Assembly (NCBI GenBank): GCA_973895155.1 | Contig: OZ316896.1 | Span: 6,838,232-6,902,231 of the forward strand | Length of the DNA stretch: 64,000 nucleotides | Direction: 5' to 3' | Source of the DNA: Marsupella aquatica | Lineage: Eukaryota; Plantae; Marchantiophyta | Shown: piece after piece, positions 51,380-63,560 of the stretch | Position numbering within the stretch: the first letter of the stretch is position 1 | How the letters are laid out: the number at the start of each line of letters is the position of its first letter | The notes under the pieces: model-generated | Databases searched by the model: none | Told to the model about the DNA's origin: nothing | What the model saw: the letters and a program-made list of their open reading frames with translations, nothing else | Program-made: the position numbers and the translations under genes

Positions 51380-51937
51380 CAACATGCGCATGAATGACCT
51401 GTTTGTGACTCTACTCAACATGACGTAGACTATCCGGGTTGCAAATGCATTACTTATGTCCAACACGACCTTGTTGGCTACCATGCATCCTTGGCTTTTG
51501 TGTCCGGTAATTGCATACCCGAGCATCAAAGGGAACGTGGATTTCCTATAGGTCTCAAGTCTTGAGAGAAATTTGTTTTCATGCACTGTGCGGTTCACTT
51601 TGATGAGGCAGTGGTTGGAAGCCAGGCGGACAGAAATAGTCTTTTTGCCATTGGCGTTGGTGGTGATGTCCTCAATGACTCCGCCGTTGCTGTTGACTGC
51701 ATGTTGGGCAAGGTTGATGTTGTGTGTGAGAATCACCTTGCATCCGATTGCCATGGTTGAGAGTGTATGGAAGTCGGAATCTTGGATCCAAGCTTTCGTT
51801 GAATCATTGAATGGGGTGTTTGTGAGGATGGGGATGTCTACAATGTCCTGCGGTGCAAAGTACCTTTGTAGGGCCAGGTTGTTGTAGTTGTTGACGGAGT
51901 CTCTATGAGTGCATATGATGGTCGTAGAGGCGTCCAT
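51380..51937 (-). pseudogene. PIF1-family SF1B helicase C-terminal fragment (Helitron-type)
   Basis: IICTHRDSVNNYN, GCKVILTHNIN...VNSNGGVI, FPLMLGYAITGHKSQG (motif V), YVMLSRV (motif VI). Confidence 0.85.
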
Positions 51938-52956
51938 GAAGTCTAGCCCACCAACTAAAATACAATGACTGAGTACAAACTGACTTTCTACTACAAATAT
52001 AAGTTTACTTACTATTTTATTTTATGTGTGTTAATGTCATGTTTCTATATTGATGATATAATAAATTGATTCCATAGTAGGGTCATTACCTTTTCACTTG
52101 TTCCTCTTGTTAGTTTAGTTTCCATATTGTTTTTGCTTTAATTATTATGTTTTTCATATAAGCAATAAAACAAAGTCATGGCAGAGTAGGTTTGGTGTTT
52201 AGTAGAAAATGACTTTCTACTACAAATATAAGTTTACTTATTATTTTATTGTCTGTATGTTAATGTTGTAGGGTCATTAGTATTTCATTTTTTCTTCTTG
52301 TTAGTTTACTTACTTTTAGTGTTGTTTGTGCTTTAATTACATTTTTTATATATGCAATGAAACAAACTCATGGCAAAGTAGTTTTAAAGTCTTAGCATGA
52401 TGTCTTGGTTTACAATATTTTTAAGATTGATTTACAACTATTTTGAAGTCAAGTCACATTTATAACACATGATTGTACTATGAGATTGTAATTCAACTAT
52501 TTGTTGTTGTTAGACTATTGTTATATTAACGCTTCTTTTTAGCAGTTTTTAAGAGAGTTGAGTTGTATAGAATAAACATACTTGTATCACTGAACAACAA
52601 TAAATGTGGCTCATATTGCAGTTTCCCTTCCAAAGTGTTGATGTGTTGTAATCCACCTATCAAGGTAAGAGATAATGGATTGACACTCATAGTAGTTAGA
52701 ACTTTGATCTATATAGTAGTTCTTGAAAACTCCATTTCAACAAATCCATCATCAAGCTAATTAATCAGTGTACCTGCCTAATAGAGGATGACTTCATTTT
52801 TGCAATCTTTCACTAGTGCCCTGAATTCTATAAAGCAATCCTCTGATTCACTTGCACTTCGAGATGTTTTGAGTATTAGTATTAGTTCCCATATTTGAAC
52901 ATAAATGTCGCCTCCCCGCCCCTCCCTTTGCCTCCCCTCCCTTTGCCCGCCCAATC

Positions 52957-52993
52957 CTTTCCTTTCCTTTCCTTTCCTTTCCTTTCCTTTCCT
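52957..52993. repeat. (CTTTC)n microsatellite
   Basis: About seven pentamer copies are directly visible. Confidence 0.9.
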
Positions 52994-53977
52994 TTTGTTG
53001 CTTCTTGATTCCTTTGGTTTCCTCTCGCTTCTATTTGCTTCTACACGAGTTGTTCACTCCACTCACTAGTCAGCAGAGCGGGAGGGGCCAACCGGGACAG
53101 CATTGGCTCATCATCAATCACCAGCTTACAACGTTGAACGGTTGAAAGCAAAGTGCCGCCGCATTAGATTTGAGGACGCTCGGCGTGAATTCAGTTGGAC
53201 CCAAATTATGTGCAGCCAATCCAAGGATCTACCTGCCATTTGCTTTGCCCAACAACGCTCTCACTTGCCCATTTTGCGCTGCTCCATTTTCTTGCACGAG
53301 CACGACACGAGGCAAAGAAAGAAGAATAGGGAGGGCGGACAGAAAGATTCTTATCATTAGCTAGGTTGGAGTAGTGGACAAACAAAGGCAATTGATTTGA
53401 TTTTGTTGGCAGTGTCGCATTTGCTGTGGTGCTTCTGCTTTTGCTTGTGCGCTCCCAGTGCAATGCGGCAACAGGCTAGCAGAGTCTGACACCCTTTGCT
53501 CACGTGCTGTGATTTGGGGTGGAGGGAGGAAAGAGAGACGGGATGGGGGATCTCATCGGCTGTTCGGGTGGAGGGGGAGGCAAAGTGAGAGTTGTGTGTT
53601 CATTTCACTTGTTGAGCCTGGAGGAGTTGTTTTGATTCAAAGACACGGAGGGACAAATCCCCGTGGCATTTTACTGATGACAAAAGACACTGAATTTCCA
53701 TTCTTTCTGATACCCAAAGACAATAATTCTAATTCTATTTATTTCTGCCCATTAAAATTGCATAGTGATTTTCCGTCCATATCCTGTGGAACTTTAAAGC
53801 TTGACAAATAAAATTATGATCAACAAGTATTCAAGGTCACACCGCTATGACTGTGAACCGTGACAGCATAAACATCTTTGATTATGTGGTCTATAAGCCT
53901 CTTTTGCAGTTTCCAGACTCATTCCATCTACCTCACCATTTGACATGATATGAATGTGAAGAGAGTAGTGTAAATTC

Positions 53978-54601
53978 CTAAAGACTCCTCAACTTCTCTG
54001 TCTTCACCCCCTGGTAGTTCTTCTTCAACCTCTTGAAGAACTCTGTAACTAAGCTGAACGAAGGTGGAGCGCTAGTGCCTCCACTAGTGCCTCCACTAGT
54101 ACCAACACCACCCTGAGTGATAGACACATAGGCTGGAGACCAATGTTGTCTCCATGCCTCAATCTCAATAGCATGATCTTTCCGGAACTCATAATAATCA
54201 TCCATGGGAGGCCCCTCCAAGTGCTGAAACAACCCCTTCCATGCCAAGAAAGGTGCAAATAATGTGGCGTTACGCAACATTTGCATATCACACCATGTAT
54301 CGAACTCCTGAATGAAGTCCTCCAACTCCATGGTGCCCACTGCCCCTGAGTAACGTCGTGGGTTCATGGCCCCGTACATCCCGTCCATATCCCAAATCAA
54401 TGGGGCTGCTATACTGGACAATACAACTGAAGACTTGATGTCTGGAACACCCTCGTCCACATCCTCATCAACTAACGGTAGTGGAAAAGGTAGCCGATAC
54501 CTCAATCCACTCCGTGTAAAACCACCAGTGTCAGCACCAAGGTCCCCAACAGGACCACCAAACTGCTCCGTGATGACAAGCCGCAACAGCACCACCACCA
54601 A
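53978..54601 (-). pseudogene. Truncated Ty3-like Gag N-terminal region
   Basis: RRYSGAVGTMELEDFIQEFDTWC...LFQHLEGPPMDDY...VTEFFKRLKKNYQGVKTEKL. Architecture resembles the split gag at 16.1-21.5 kb. Confidence 0.7.
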
Positions 54602-54669
54602 ATCACCACCACTAATTAACCAAGTAACATCGATGTCGTCATATTACTCTAGCCCTAATAGCTACATGG

Positions 54670-56322
54670 GTGTGGGCAACCTAACGTTTTTTTGTTCTTT
54701 TCCAGGTTTGCAACTTAAGCCTGGATGTCTTTTGTCAAGTTGAATTCAATGGGAAGATCCCAAAAGACCCAAAGTATGTCCCTCTGGCAAGGTCTGAAGA
54801 TGCATCACATAAGACAATGTTGAGTCTTTGTTATCCAAAAAGGGATACCAGGGCAGAGTTGGCTTTTTCAGGTTCTTGTCGGTTGTATGTTGGATTCATG
54901 TAGGCTGTTATGGAGCTTCTCAGAAAGCCTAGAGACATTGTGCTTGATTGGAATATTGGAGATGGTAGTTCATTTTCAGCCGGAGAACTCTCTAGGAGGT
55001 TTGTTGTTGGGGTCAAGGACAGGGATGTTCTCCATGGTGCTGCGGAGAAGGCATTGAAGAGAGACACAAGAAAATTGAAGACCTCACTGAAACATTGGAG
55101 GACTTTGATTCAGATGATGAATTTTCTCTTGCAGGATCAAAGAGTGGAAAAAACAAAGATGGAGCCTCTAATGTTCCTGATGCAAATGATGAATTTGACC
55201 TGGAGTAATGTACTTATTCTCTCGCTTATACCAGATCCCTTTGCTTCAATCAATTGGCTGGTGAAGCTTGCTATTGTCTTTTGATTGGATATTTCATTCA
55301 TAATGCTCTGATTGTTTTCTTGATTTAAGAGATACTCGTGTTGACTGGTTTTCTAAAGAGAGATTTTGGCTTCGAAGGAAGATTGAAGAATCTTCCATTG
55401 TTTCTCCTTTGAAGATGTTTACTCTGCCTTGCATATGCAGAGAAGTCGGCAATTCAGTCGGATAATGCTTTTGTAGTCACTTGGGAAGGCAAAGGTCATA
55501 GGTCACATCGTGGCGCCAGACAAAATTTATATTGCTTGCCTTTTGTTGATGATGAGGCATGACTTGTTAAGCAATATGTTGATGAGTCTGCTGAGTCAAC
55601 TAATCGGGATCTCAGCAGTGACCAGAGCAATACTAGTAGTAGGAATGATATAGTGTCGGATGAAAGTCATTCAAGTGACTTCTGATTTTCTGAGGGAATA
55701 GAAGGATATCCCTGCACTGTTTACTCAAACTTACTGTCAGTTTTGACAAAGTATTGGAGGCAGTACATTTTTTGGAAATGACTGTAAAACGGGTTTGAAA
55801 TCTGAGTTCATTCATTCACTATGCCTTTTCATATCCGCCTGGTGTTTTACTAGCTTGTGTATATTCAAAGTCAAAGTTAAATTCTAAGCTCCACGACGAC
55901 CCAATGAGTCAAGGGAGCTGTGGCAAAAAAGCCAAATACAAAGCAAAGAAATGAGTCAAATGCTCATGTGAGGATCTCTACATCCTCACTAATAACAAAC
56001 TAAGGACCTTAAGAGTCACTAATGTGTAATGTTCGTTTCCTATCCACTGCCATGATATACAATCCAAGTTGCTTTGGTGGCAACCTAAATAGATTATGCA
56101 GATCAGAAACAAGGATTTGATGTGCTATTCGAACCTCCTCATACCGTCTGCATGCTATGAATACATGATTGAAGGCTAGTGACCTCGCTGGACATTTCTG
56201 TTGTAGAAATCTCATTGTCCTCCCAATCTGCCACTCTGACCATTAGTTTTACCTTGCTAGCAAACATTAACCTCGCTGTCAATTTCTCATGTTTCCTCGC
56301 ACCATACAAAACCCCCTCTTGG
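54670..56322 (+). mobile_element. Second, diverged partial copy of the MULE-associated MTase gene end and right terminus
   Basis: IPKDPKYVPLARSEDASHKTMLSLCYPK...FM*AVMELLRKPRDIVLDWNIGDGSSFSAGELSRRFVVGVKDRD aligns with 37848-38120. The downstream DWFSKERF and QY.DESAEST blocks and the terminal gtttcct.gcacc.tacaa are conserved. Confidence 0.8.
55866..56062 (-). mobile_element. ~205-bp SINE-like retroposon, copy 1
   Basis: Reverse complement of the copies at 57953 and 60356. Confidence 0.65.
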
Positions 56323-56399
56323 ACATGCTCATCAGTGACAAGGTTGTGAATACTAATGTCCTGCATAAGATGTCTCACAAGTGCCTACAATTGTTCCCA

Positions 56400-58233
56400 A
56401 TGACAGGACTTCAGTCCCCACTAGTTTGCCATTGTTGATAATAGGGCTGCTGCGGTATGGGTGGAGGGTCACATTCCTAAGGTGGTCATGCTGGATACTC
56501 AAGCTCAGCCTGTGATTCTTGGAATTCAATTTGCCAAATAGTTGGGGCTAGTTGACTCCAAATTGCAAAAATCAGCATGGTACATCCGGACAGCAAGTAG
56601 CACCATGGAGGAGGTACTAGGTGAAGAGCTAGGTGAGAGTGCTCAATTGCTCACTCCCTCTTTCAATGAAGGTAAAGATCAAGAATTCCAATTCCAGGTC
56701 AGATGTCTGGTCACCAATGCCACCAGCTATGATGTGCTCTTTGACCAAGAGGCTTTATTCCCGCCAAGGCTTCTCTGTTGCAGGTTCTGGAGCTGGTTTG
56801 AATGATCCCTGGTCAGCACTCTTCCTACTGGGCCTAGGCTCTTTACCTTGGTGTTGGTTATGTCATTGAGAGCACATACTCTTGATTTGACCAGTGGAAG
56901 AACATCCAAGAGGATTTTCTTCTAGTCCAACACTATCTCGGTCTACCGTTCTTGATTGATGCAGCCCAATGTGGGTCTTATGCGCACCGTTTGTGGAATT
57001 TCTAGACCAATAAATTGCACCGGTTAGCTGACTACAGTTGGCTCTAAAACATATGGTCAGGAACCCTACATTATAGGTGGACCAGATATGGATGCTAATA
57101 GCTCTTGTTAGCCAGTCACTCGGCAAGAGAGAGCACCTTGGTACCCTGCTAACACCATTGGGGAGCCAAGAGGTGCTTGGCCTGCCTTTGTTTCATTTCC
57201 TGATGCCCATGCCTTCCAAGGGCATCGACCAGGGCTGGTCTACCATCACACTTTGGATACATGGGATGAGCCAGAGGAACGAGAGCAAGTTTCCAAATTG
57301 ACACTACTGGTCATGTTAAAGTGACTAGGCTGGAGAGACATTATCGTCTTGGCAGAGTCATGGATCTTAGTGCTTTGACATGGCTTTTGGTTACCAGTAT
57401 TCTTTTGCAAATGCATATTGTTCCTACTATGGTTGACCCGGCCTTTAGCCTTCATGAAGTTCTTACTTGGCACCCCGATGAAGTACATTTACCCCTCCAC
57501 TCTATGTTTCACTCCTAGTGTTGGGGGGAGAGGTACCCTGTAATGTGACTGAAATTTCAAAATCAGAGCATGGCATGGACCTGATCACACCTGGCAAAGA
57601 GGCAAGCACATAAGGTTCTTCTAGTACACCCACTAGCTCTACACCATGCGTTGCAAATTTCCAATTTGTGATGGATGATTACTTGAGTAAGAAGCAACGA
57701 GATCAGGTACTGAATTTGCTGTCAAGCTATGATGATGAGAGCCCTGGGCAAGTTCAAGGTGATGCAATTCTCCATTGAGCTGACCAACAAGAGACCTATT
57801 TATCAGCGGAGACACCGGTTGAGCAAGCATGAGTGACAGTTGGTAAATGAGAGATGCAAAGAGCTTTATGAAGTAGGTTTGATCCAGCCCTCCAACTCTG
57901 ACTTTGCAGTAGCTATAATGATGCCAGCAATGAAAGATTCTAGTGGGCTCGGGTATATCATGGCAATGGATAGGAAATGATGTGATAGCATTAAATACAC
58001 ATTAGTGACTCTTAGGGTCCTTAGTTTGTTATTAGTGAGGACGTAGAGATCTTCACATGAGCATTTGACTCATACCTTTGCTTTGTATTTGGCTTTTTTT
58101 TGCCACAGCTCCCTTGACTCATTGGGTCCTCGTGGAGCTTAGAATTTGACTTTGACTTTGACTTTGGCTATGGACAGAGAAGAGGATGTGCAGGGACTAT
58201 AGGCCACTCAATCTGGTCACACCTCAAGACAGG
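56400..58233 (+). pseudogene. Degenerate Ty3/gypsy pol (protease and start of reverse transcriptase)
   Basis: VMLDTQAQPVILG (protease), PIYQRRHRLSKHE*QLV...GLIQPSNSDFA, and WTEKRMCRDYRPLNLVTPQDR (RT domain 2). Interrupted by the SINE-like copy and cut at 58233. Confidence 0.85.
57953..58166 (+). mobile_element. ~205-bp SINE-like retroposon, copy 2, with (TTTGAC)n tail
   Basis: Splits the RT codons DSSG|LWTEK; ends ttagaatttgactttgactttgactttg. Confidence 0.7.
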
Positions 58234-60082
58234 TGTGATGCCTAGCCAAGAATCACTAGGCCGTGTAAAAGGTAACCCGGGTGGTATACAATAAAACCAC
58301 TAGTATAAGGGGGAGAAAAACAAGGAAACCATAAACAACTAAGGGTATACATGGAACCCAAGCCGAGGCCGGGAGTAAGAGGAGTAACGGCCTCTAAGGG
58401 TCGCGATTAGGGTTAGGGCACATTAATGCTGATGGCTGCCGGTAATCAATAACCAAGGCAACCAGAGCAGGCCGGAGGGGGGCAAGGCAAGGTCACCCAA
58501 GAGTGGCGGCTCACATTCGCACCTTGATCAAGCAAAGTGCAAGCAGAAACCAACGACTGTCAGCTGCAAGGAGAACACGGGGGCATAAGCAGCTACTAAG
58601 CAATGACAGAGGAGGGAATGAGCAACATCAATCAAGCGGCACATTTCTGGGGATGCTTGTTCAAACGGGCAAGTGAGTACGTTGGGACCTACGAGGAGGA
58701 AGAATAAAAAAAGCAACCCGTGAGCGACAGGAGCTTGCTCGGTTGTGGGAATTGCAGAAGTCGACCTTTTTAGGAGGAGAGTTCATCAAGGCTGAATTCT
58801 TGTGGACACCTACTGCCGATGAGCTTGACGATCTTCTAATTCAAGACAACAGAATTGTCAGCATCCGACAGACCATCAACAATTGCAACGACAAACATTG
58901 GAACTTGAAGGGTTGCACGACAGCGTGGACAAAAGCAACAGTGTTGGGAGAATCATCAGGATTGGCTGAAATGAAGAGAAAGATGGCCAACAACAAAGAA
59001 AACACACCAGCCAAGAGGACGAGGTTGGCAATATCAAGAAGGCCGGCCAAACAAGGGAGCCAGAGAGAGGAGGGAGCCAAGGAACCAGAAGTCAACCCAG
59101 TCAATGCCGTCCCTACCCAAGATGACACCTGGAAGCGCTAGGGCTTCATGGCCGGATCAGGCTTGAAGGATTTTGTTAGATTGTCGTGGCTGAAGCCGGA
59201 GGTGCCAGAGTCAGACTTACTGGAATGCATGGGATCATGGGACCACAAGTCCAGCTCAACCAAGATCTATGGGAGGGACTTCTATCTCACCTCCAATGTA
59301 ATTGCCAAAGTATTTGGCTTGTCGGTGGGCAACAAGGCTAAGGTAGAAACTTGGAAGAACCTGTTGGACAAGGAGTTTAGATTGTTCCCCGGGCCATCAA
59401 CAAAGAATGGCTTCTTCTGCAACACCTGCACCAACCCGCATATTGGAGAAATGATAGATTTCTTACGGGTGACAATGCATTGCAACTTGCCGAGGCCAGA
59501 GATTGGCAAAGCACACGTTTATCTGGCAGAGAGGCTAGACCCAAGTCGGGACTACAACGGGTACCTCCTCAACCAACTAAGGAAGATACTGAAGGAGGAA
59601 TAGCAGGTGATCAGCCAAGGGAGCGTGTCCAGGCTTGGTTATCACATGCCGTTGTTGTGCCGGTATGCCCGGAGTTGAATCTTTGTGCCAATCTTTCCCC
59701 TGCAGGCAAGAGCACCAGAAGAGGAGTCGGAGCCGAGGCCGGCAACAAAGAAGCCCGACCCGCCCGACAGCCCCATGATAGCTCAGATCTTTCGGCAGAC
59801 GCCGGAACCCAAACCGATGCAACAACCGGCCATATAGAGCCTTCTACAGATACTAAAGAAGGAGAAGGCGGCATTAGCACCAGAGGCAGCGGTAGCAAGC
59901 ACCACAAGAACAACAAGAGGAGAACCCACGGCCGGGGCCGTGAAGAGAAGCAGGCCAGAAAATGAGCCGGGAGTGAGGAGGTATGTAGGAGACTCCAGTT
60001 CAGAATCCGAGGGACATGGACCCAGGGTTCCCAGTCCTGAGAAGGAAAGCAAAGGCCGAGTGAGCCGGAAGAGCAAGCTGCA

Positions 60083-60620
60083 TGTTAGGTATTTACTCAA
60101 GGTCTAGGGTTACGACATGTAACCGTAATTAGACTAACCCTCGGAGACGTGGTTAGGTTAACTAGGATGCACACTATATGCCAAGCGGTGTTTGCTTGGA
60201 TAAGTGGAACTTAGGCTCATTGTTATGGAGCCACTTGAGAGATGAGGAGAGCTTACATTGTGGAGACTTGGTATGGCCGACGGGCTTAGAGTTCAGTAAA
60301 GCTTTCTTATGTGTTCCCGTGGATGTAGCCTCAAGGAGGTGAACCACGTATCTCTTGTGTCATGGCAGTGGATGGGAAACGATGTGATAGCATTACACAT
60401 TAGTGACTCTTAAAGTCCTTAGTTTGTTATTAGTGAGGATGTAGAGATCCTCACATGAGCATTTGACTCATTTCTTTGCTTTGTATTTGGCTTTTTTTCC
60501 ACAGCTCCCTTGACTCATTGGGTCGTCGTGGAGCTTAGAATTTGACTTTGACTTTGACTAACTACTTGCGCATTGGATGTGTCATGTGCTTACCATTATG
60601 AGTGTCGTCTATGCTCAACA
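60083..60620 (+). mobile_element. Solo LTR (TGTTAG...TCAACA) with near-perfect TSD CTGCA/CCGCA; carries SINE-like copy 3
   Basis: Homologous to the reverse complement of 22728-23069; lengths agree once the ~205-bp insert is removed. Confidence 0.8.
60356..60559 (+). mobile_element. ~205-bp SINE-like retroposon, copy 3
   Basis: Same 5' start (tcatggcagtggat) and (TTTGAC)n tail as the other copies; absent from the 22.7-kb LTR homolog. Confidence 0.7.
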
Positions 60621-63350
60621 CCGCACGCATGCATAGTCCCCGGCAGGATGCCGGGTTTGCGGCTAGTCCTAGAGAGGATCCGCAGGCACCAGGACGCCCA
60701 AAAGTCAGGGAGCACGTGGAGGAATACCACAAGGACTTGGGTTACGGGTCGGATCACTCGGTTCTAGGGGTGCGGACTTGTGGCTGTTTTATCCCCACAC
60801 TTCCAAAAGTGGTGCGTGGGGATCCACAACACCAAAAGAGCCCGGAGTCTCCCCCACCGGACATACCTCCTCCAATTTACGATGAGAGACAATAGGCCAA
60901 TCATGAGTTGCAGCAGCGATTCAGTGACCTAGAGGAAGCAACCCTGGCCAAGGAGAAGGATTTGCCAAGTGGAGGACGACCGGAGGACATTCGACGTCTT
61001 GCAGGGACTCAAGCTGGGCCTTTGCCCACGTTTGATGAAATACGGAGGGCAGCATGGGAACGAAGGCCGTGTTGGGAGATGCCGACATCTCCTAACCACT
61101 CCACCTATGCACGTTCCAGAGCCCTGGAATATGGGAGGATGTGCGGACTACTTGCCCTCAACATCTTTGGGGTAGAATTGGAGATGGGGCCTTTTGTCCA
61201 CAAAGAGATGTTGGAGAAAAGCCGGTTGGAGGACGCACTGGCCTTGGCGAGGATGAAGAAGGAGGAAGTCATCCGAGGGCTTAGAGAGAAGGAAGCCAAG
61301 GGCGGAGATTTAAAGGCGGCCAAGCAGGCCCTGGACGAGCTACAAATTAGGAAGCATCAGATAAGCATCATGTAGGGGCAATTGGCCCAGACCAAGGAGG
61401 ATTTGGCCGAAGCCCTCAAGGAGAAGGAGAAGTGGAAGCATGAGCTGAAGAAGACAGAGGCAGCTCACATAACTGCCTGCAACAAAGCCATGATCGAGGC
61501 CCAGAGGAAGGAGAGGGCACTAAAGGATGAGATCAAAGAATGCCGCAAGGCCCTCCATCAGAAAAAAGGCAAACTTGATGAGACCTACAAGGGCATCGAC
61601 AAGCTAAAGGAAGACCTTGAGAACCTGGTGGCCAACTTTCAAGCCGAGCTGCGTAAGAAGGATGACACGCTCAATCAAACCTACAAGAAGATGAATAAGA
61701 TCGATTTTGATGTCGTCCATGAGCTCAACGCGGAGCTGAAAGCAACCCAGGAGGAGAGGGCGGCCTTACAAAAGGAGTTGGATGAGAGCATGGCGGAGTT
61801 GGAGCAAGCTTGTGGGGATTTAGACTAGACCCCCTGGTGGAATTGGAGGACGCCGCCCATAAAATAGAAAATTTGTAGAGGCGGGCGGATAACTAAACTG
61901 AGTGGTTGAAGAAGCAGCCTGAGGAGGTAAATCGGCTGGCCGCAACAAGTGGACCCCCAGTGGTGGCAACCGGTGTTCGGGGACCAGTTTAAAGTGGTGT
62001 TAAAAATGAACTTTTTATGCTTTTAGGGACTTGGTCATAACATTGTATTTTTATAGGTTGGTTCAATTTCTCTTAACTCTATTCAGTTTTTAAATATCAA
62101 ATTACACTAAGTCATTCTTATTTAAAACACTAAGCCATCACTTTTGTTCATTTACAATTATTGTATTCATGATCACGCTCATACATAACTTTCAACTAAC
62201 TTCAACGCATCATTTTCATCTCCACAACAACTAAGCATTTTCACCTCAACAACATCTCATCATTTCCATCACAACAAAGTAGTCCAAACTCATCATTTAT
62301 TTCTTTTATTCTCAAAAAAAGAAGCTTTGGTTCAGGTTTACAAAATGTTTATTCGGTTGCTCATCCTCTAACTCAGGTCTCCATACTAAACTTAGTTCAG
62401 GTCAACAGGTCAGGTCGCGGTCTCGGTCTTGAACTCATCTATGGTTTCTCCTAGGCACTTCGAACACAACTTCAGTCTCCGGCGAGCGTCCTTCATGTCC
62501 TTGTTTTTCTTGCATTCTTCCTCTTGTCCTTTCTTCCTCCTCTCCTCAAGCTTCCAGTCCCACAACAAAAAAAACCTATGGCCGGTAACCTCAAGTCCCA
62601 TGGCAACGGATAGTCCCTAACTTGAAAATAGTTTCAACTATCGGATTCCACTCGTCGAATGAATGTAAGTCAATCAATCTACAATCTCCCTTAAAACTCC
62701 GTAACTTTAGATGCAAAAATCTGCAAGTAATCCACACTTCCAACTGAAATCTCTTAACCAATCTCATAAAAAAAATCACTTCTTCTTGCTCTTCTAGTGC
62801 TAGAATTCTCCTTCTTTCAAGATTCTTCTAGGTTCTGGTCGTTCCTAAAAAAAAGAAATTAAACCAGCTTGCTCCACTCAGTTTTGGGTCAGCTTCCCTT
62901 TTATTCATCTTTCATTCAGGAGTTTGAGTTTTGTTCTCTCTTTTTGTTAAAAGAATCTGTTTTTGGCTGCTCAAGGGGAACCCTTTTACTCGGGAAGCTG
63001 CTATATAGGTGCTATATGGTGAATCCAACTCTCATGTTTGTCTTATTCATATTTGTGTATCATGAATTTTTATTTGAATGTACCTGAACAAGGGGCATCC
63101 TTTGTATCACATAGACTTTTAATTCATTTTTGGACCCCTTTAAATTTTTGGTATCAAAATCCTATAGTATTTTGAATTTATTTTGGCAACCCCCTTAATT
63201 TTTAAACTTTGTTAAGTCCTAGAGAGAAACTAAGGGCTTCACTTTCTACGCTTTTAAGTATACTCATGAGTGAGAGGAACTATTCTAAGTAATGTCAGCA
63301 CATCCTGTCTTAAGCTCCCCTTGTGGCTTTCTTTCCTAAGTTTATGGTTT

Positions 63351-63560
63351 TTATTGAAATAAGAGTCATTAATAAGACACATTGAAATATGTGCACCAGT
63401 AGTAGCATCTTTGTGTCATAAAATTGTACTTTGCATTGGTCACTATGTGCTTTTATTGAAATAAGAGTCATTAATAAGACACATTGAAATATGTGCACCA
63501 GTCGTAGCATCTTTGTGTCATAAAATTGTACTTTGCATTGGTCACTATGTGCTTTTATTG
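63351..63560. repeat. 102-bp tandem duplication
   Basis: ttattg... starts at 63351, 63453 and 63555. Confidence 0.9.

Larger units (their letters stand above)
58234..61990 (+). mobile_element. Diverged homolog of the protein-coding LTR-like element; right end not identified
   Basis: Begins TGTGATGCC (versus TGTGACGCC) exactly where the RT frame breaks. 59148-59603 aligns with the ORF region 18210-18650; coiled-coil ORFs at 60908-61828. Confidence 0.65.

Noticed and set aside
62401-62409. gtca+acagg as the right end and TSD of the element starting at 58234
   Set aside because: RT coding sequence does not resume afterwards, so this is probably a chance match.
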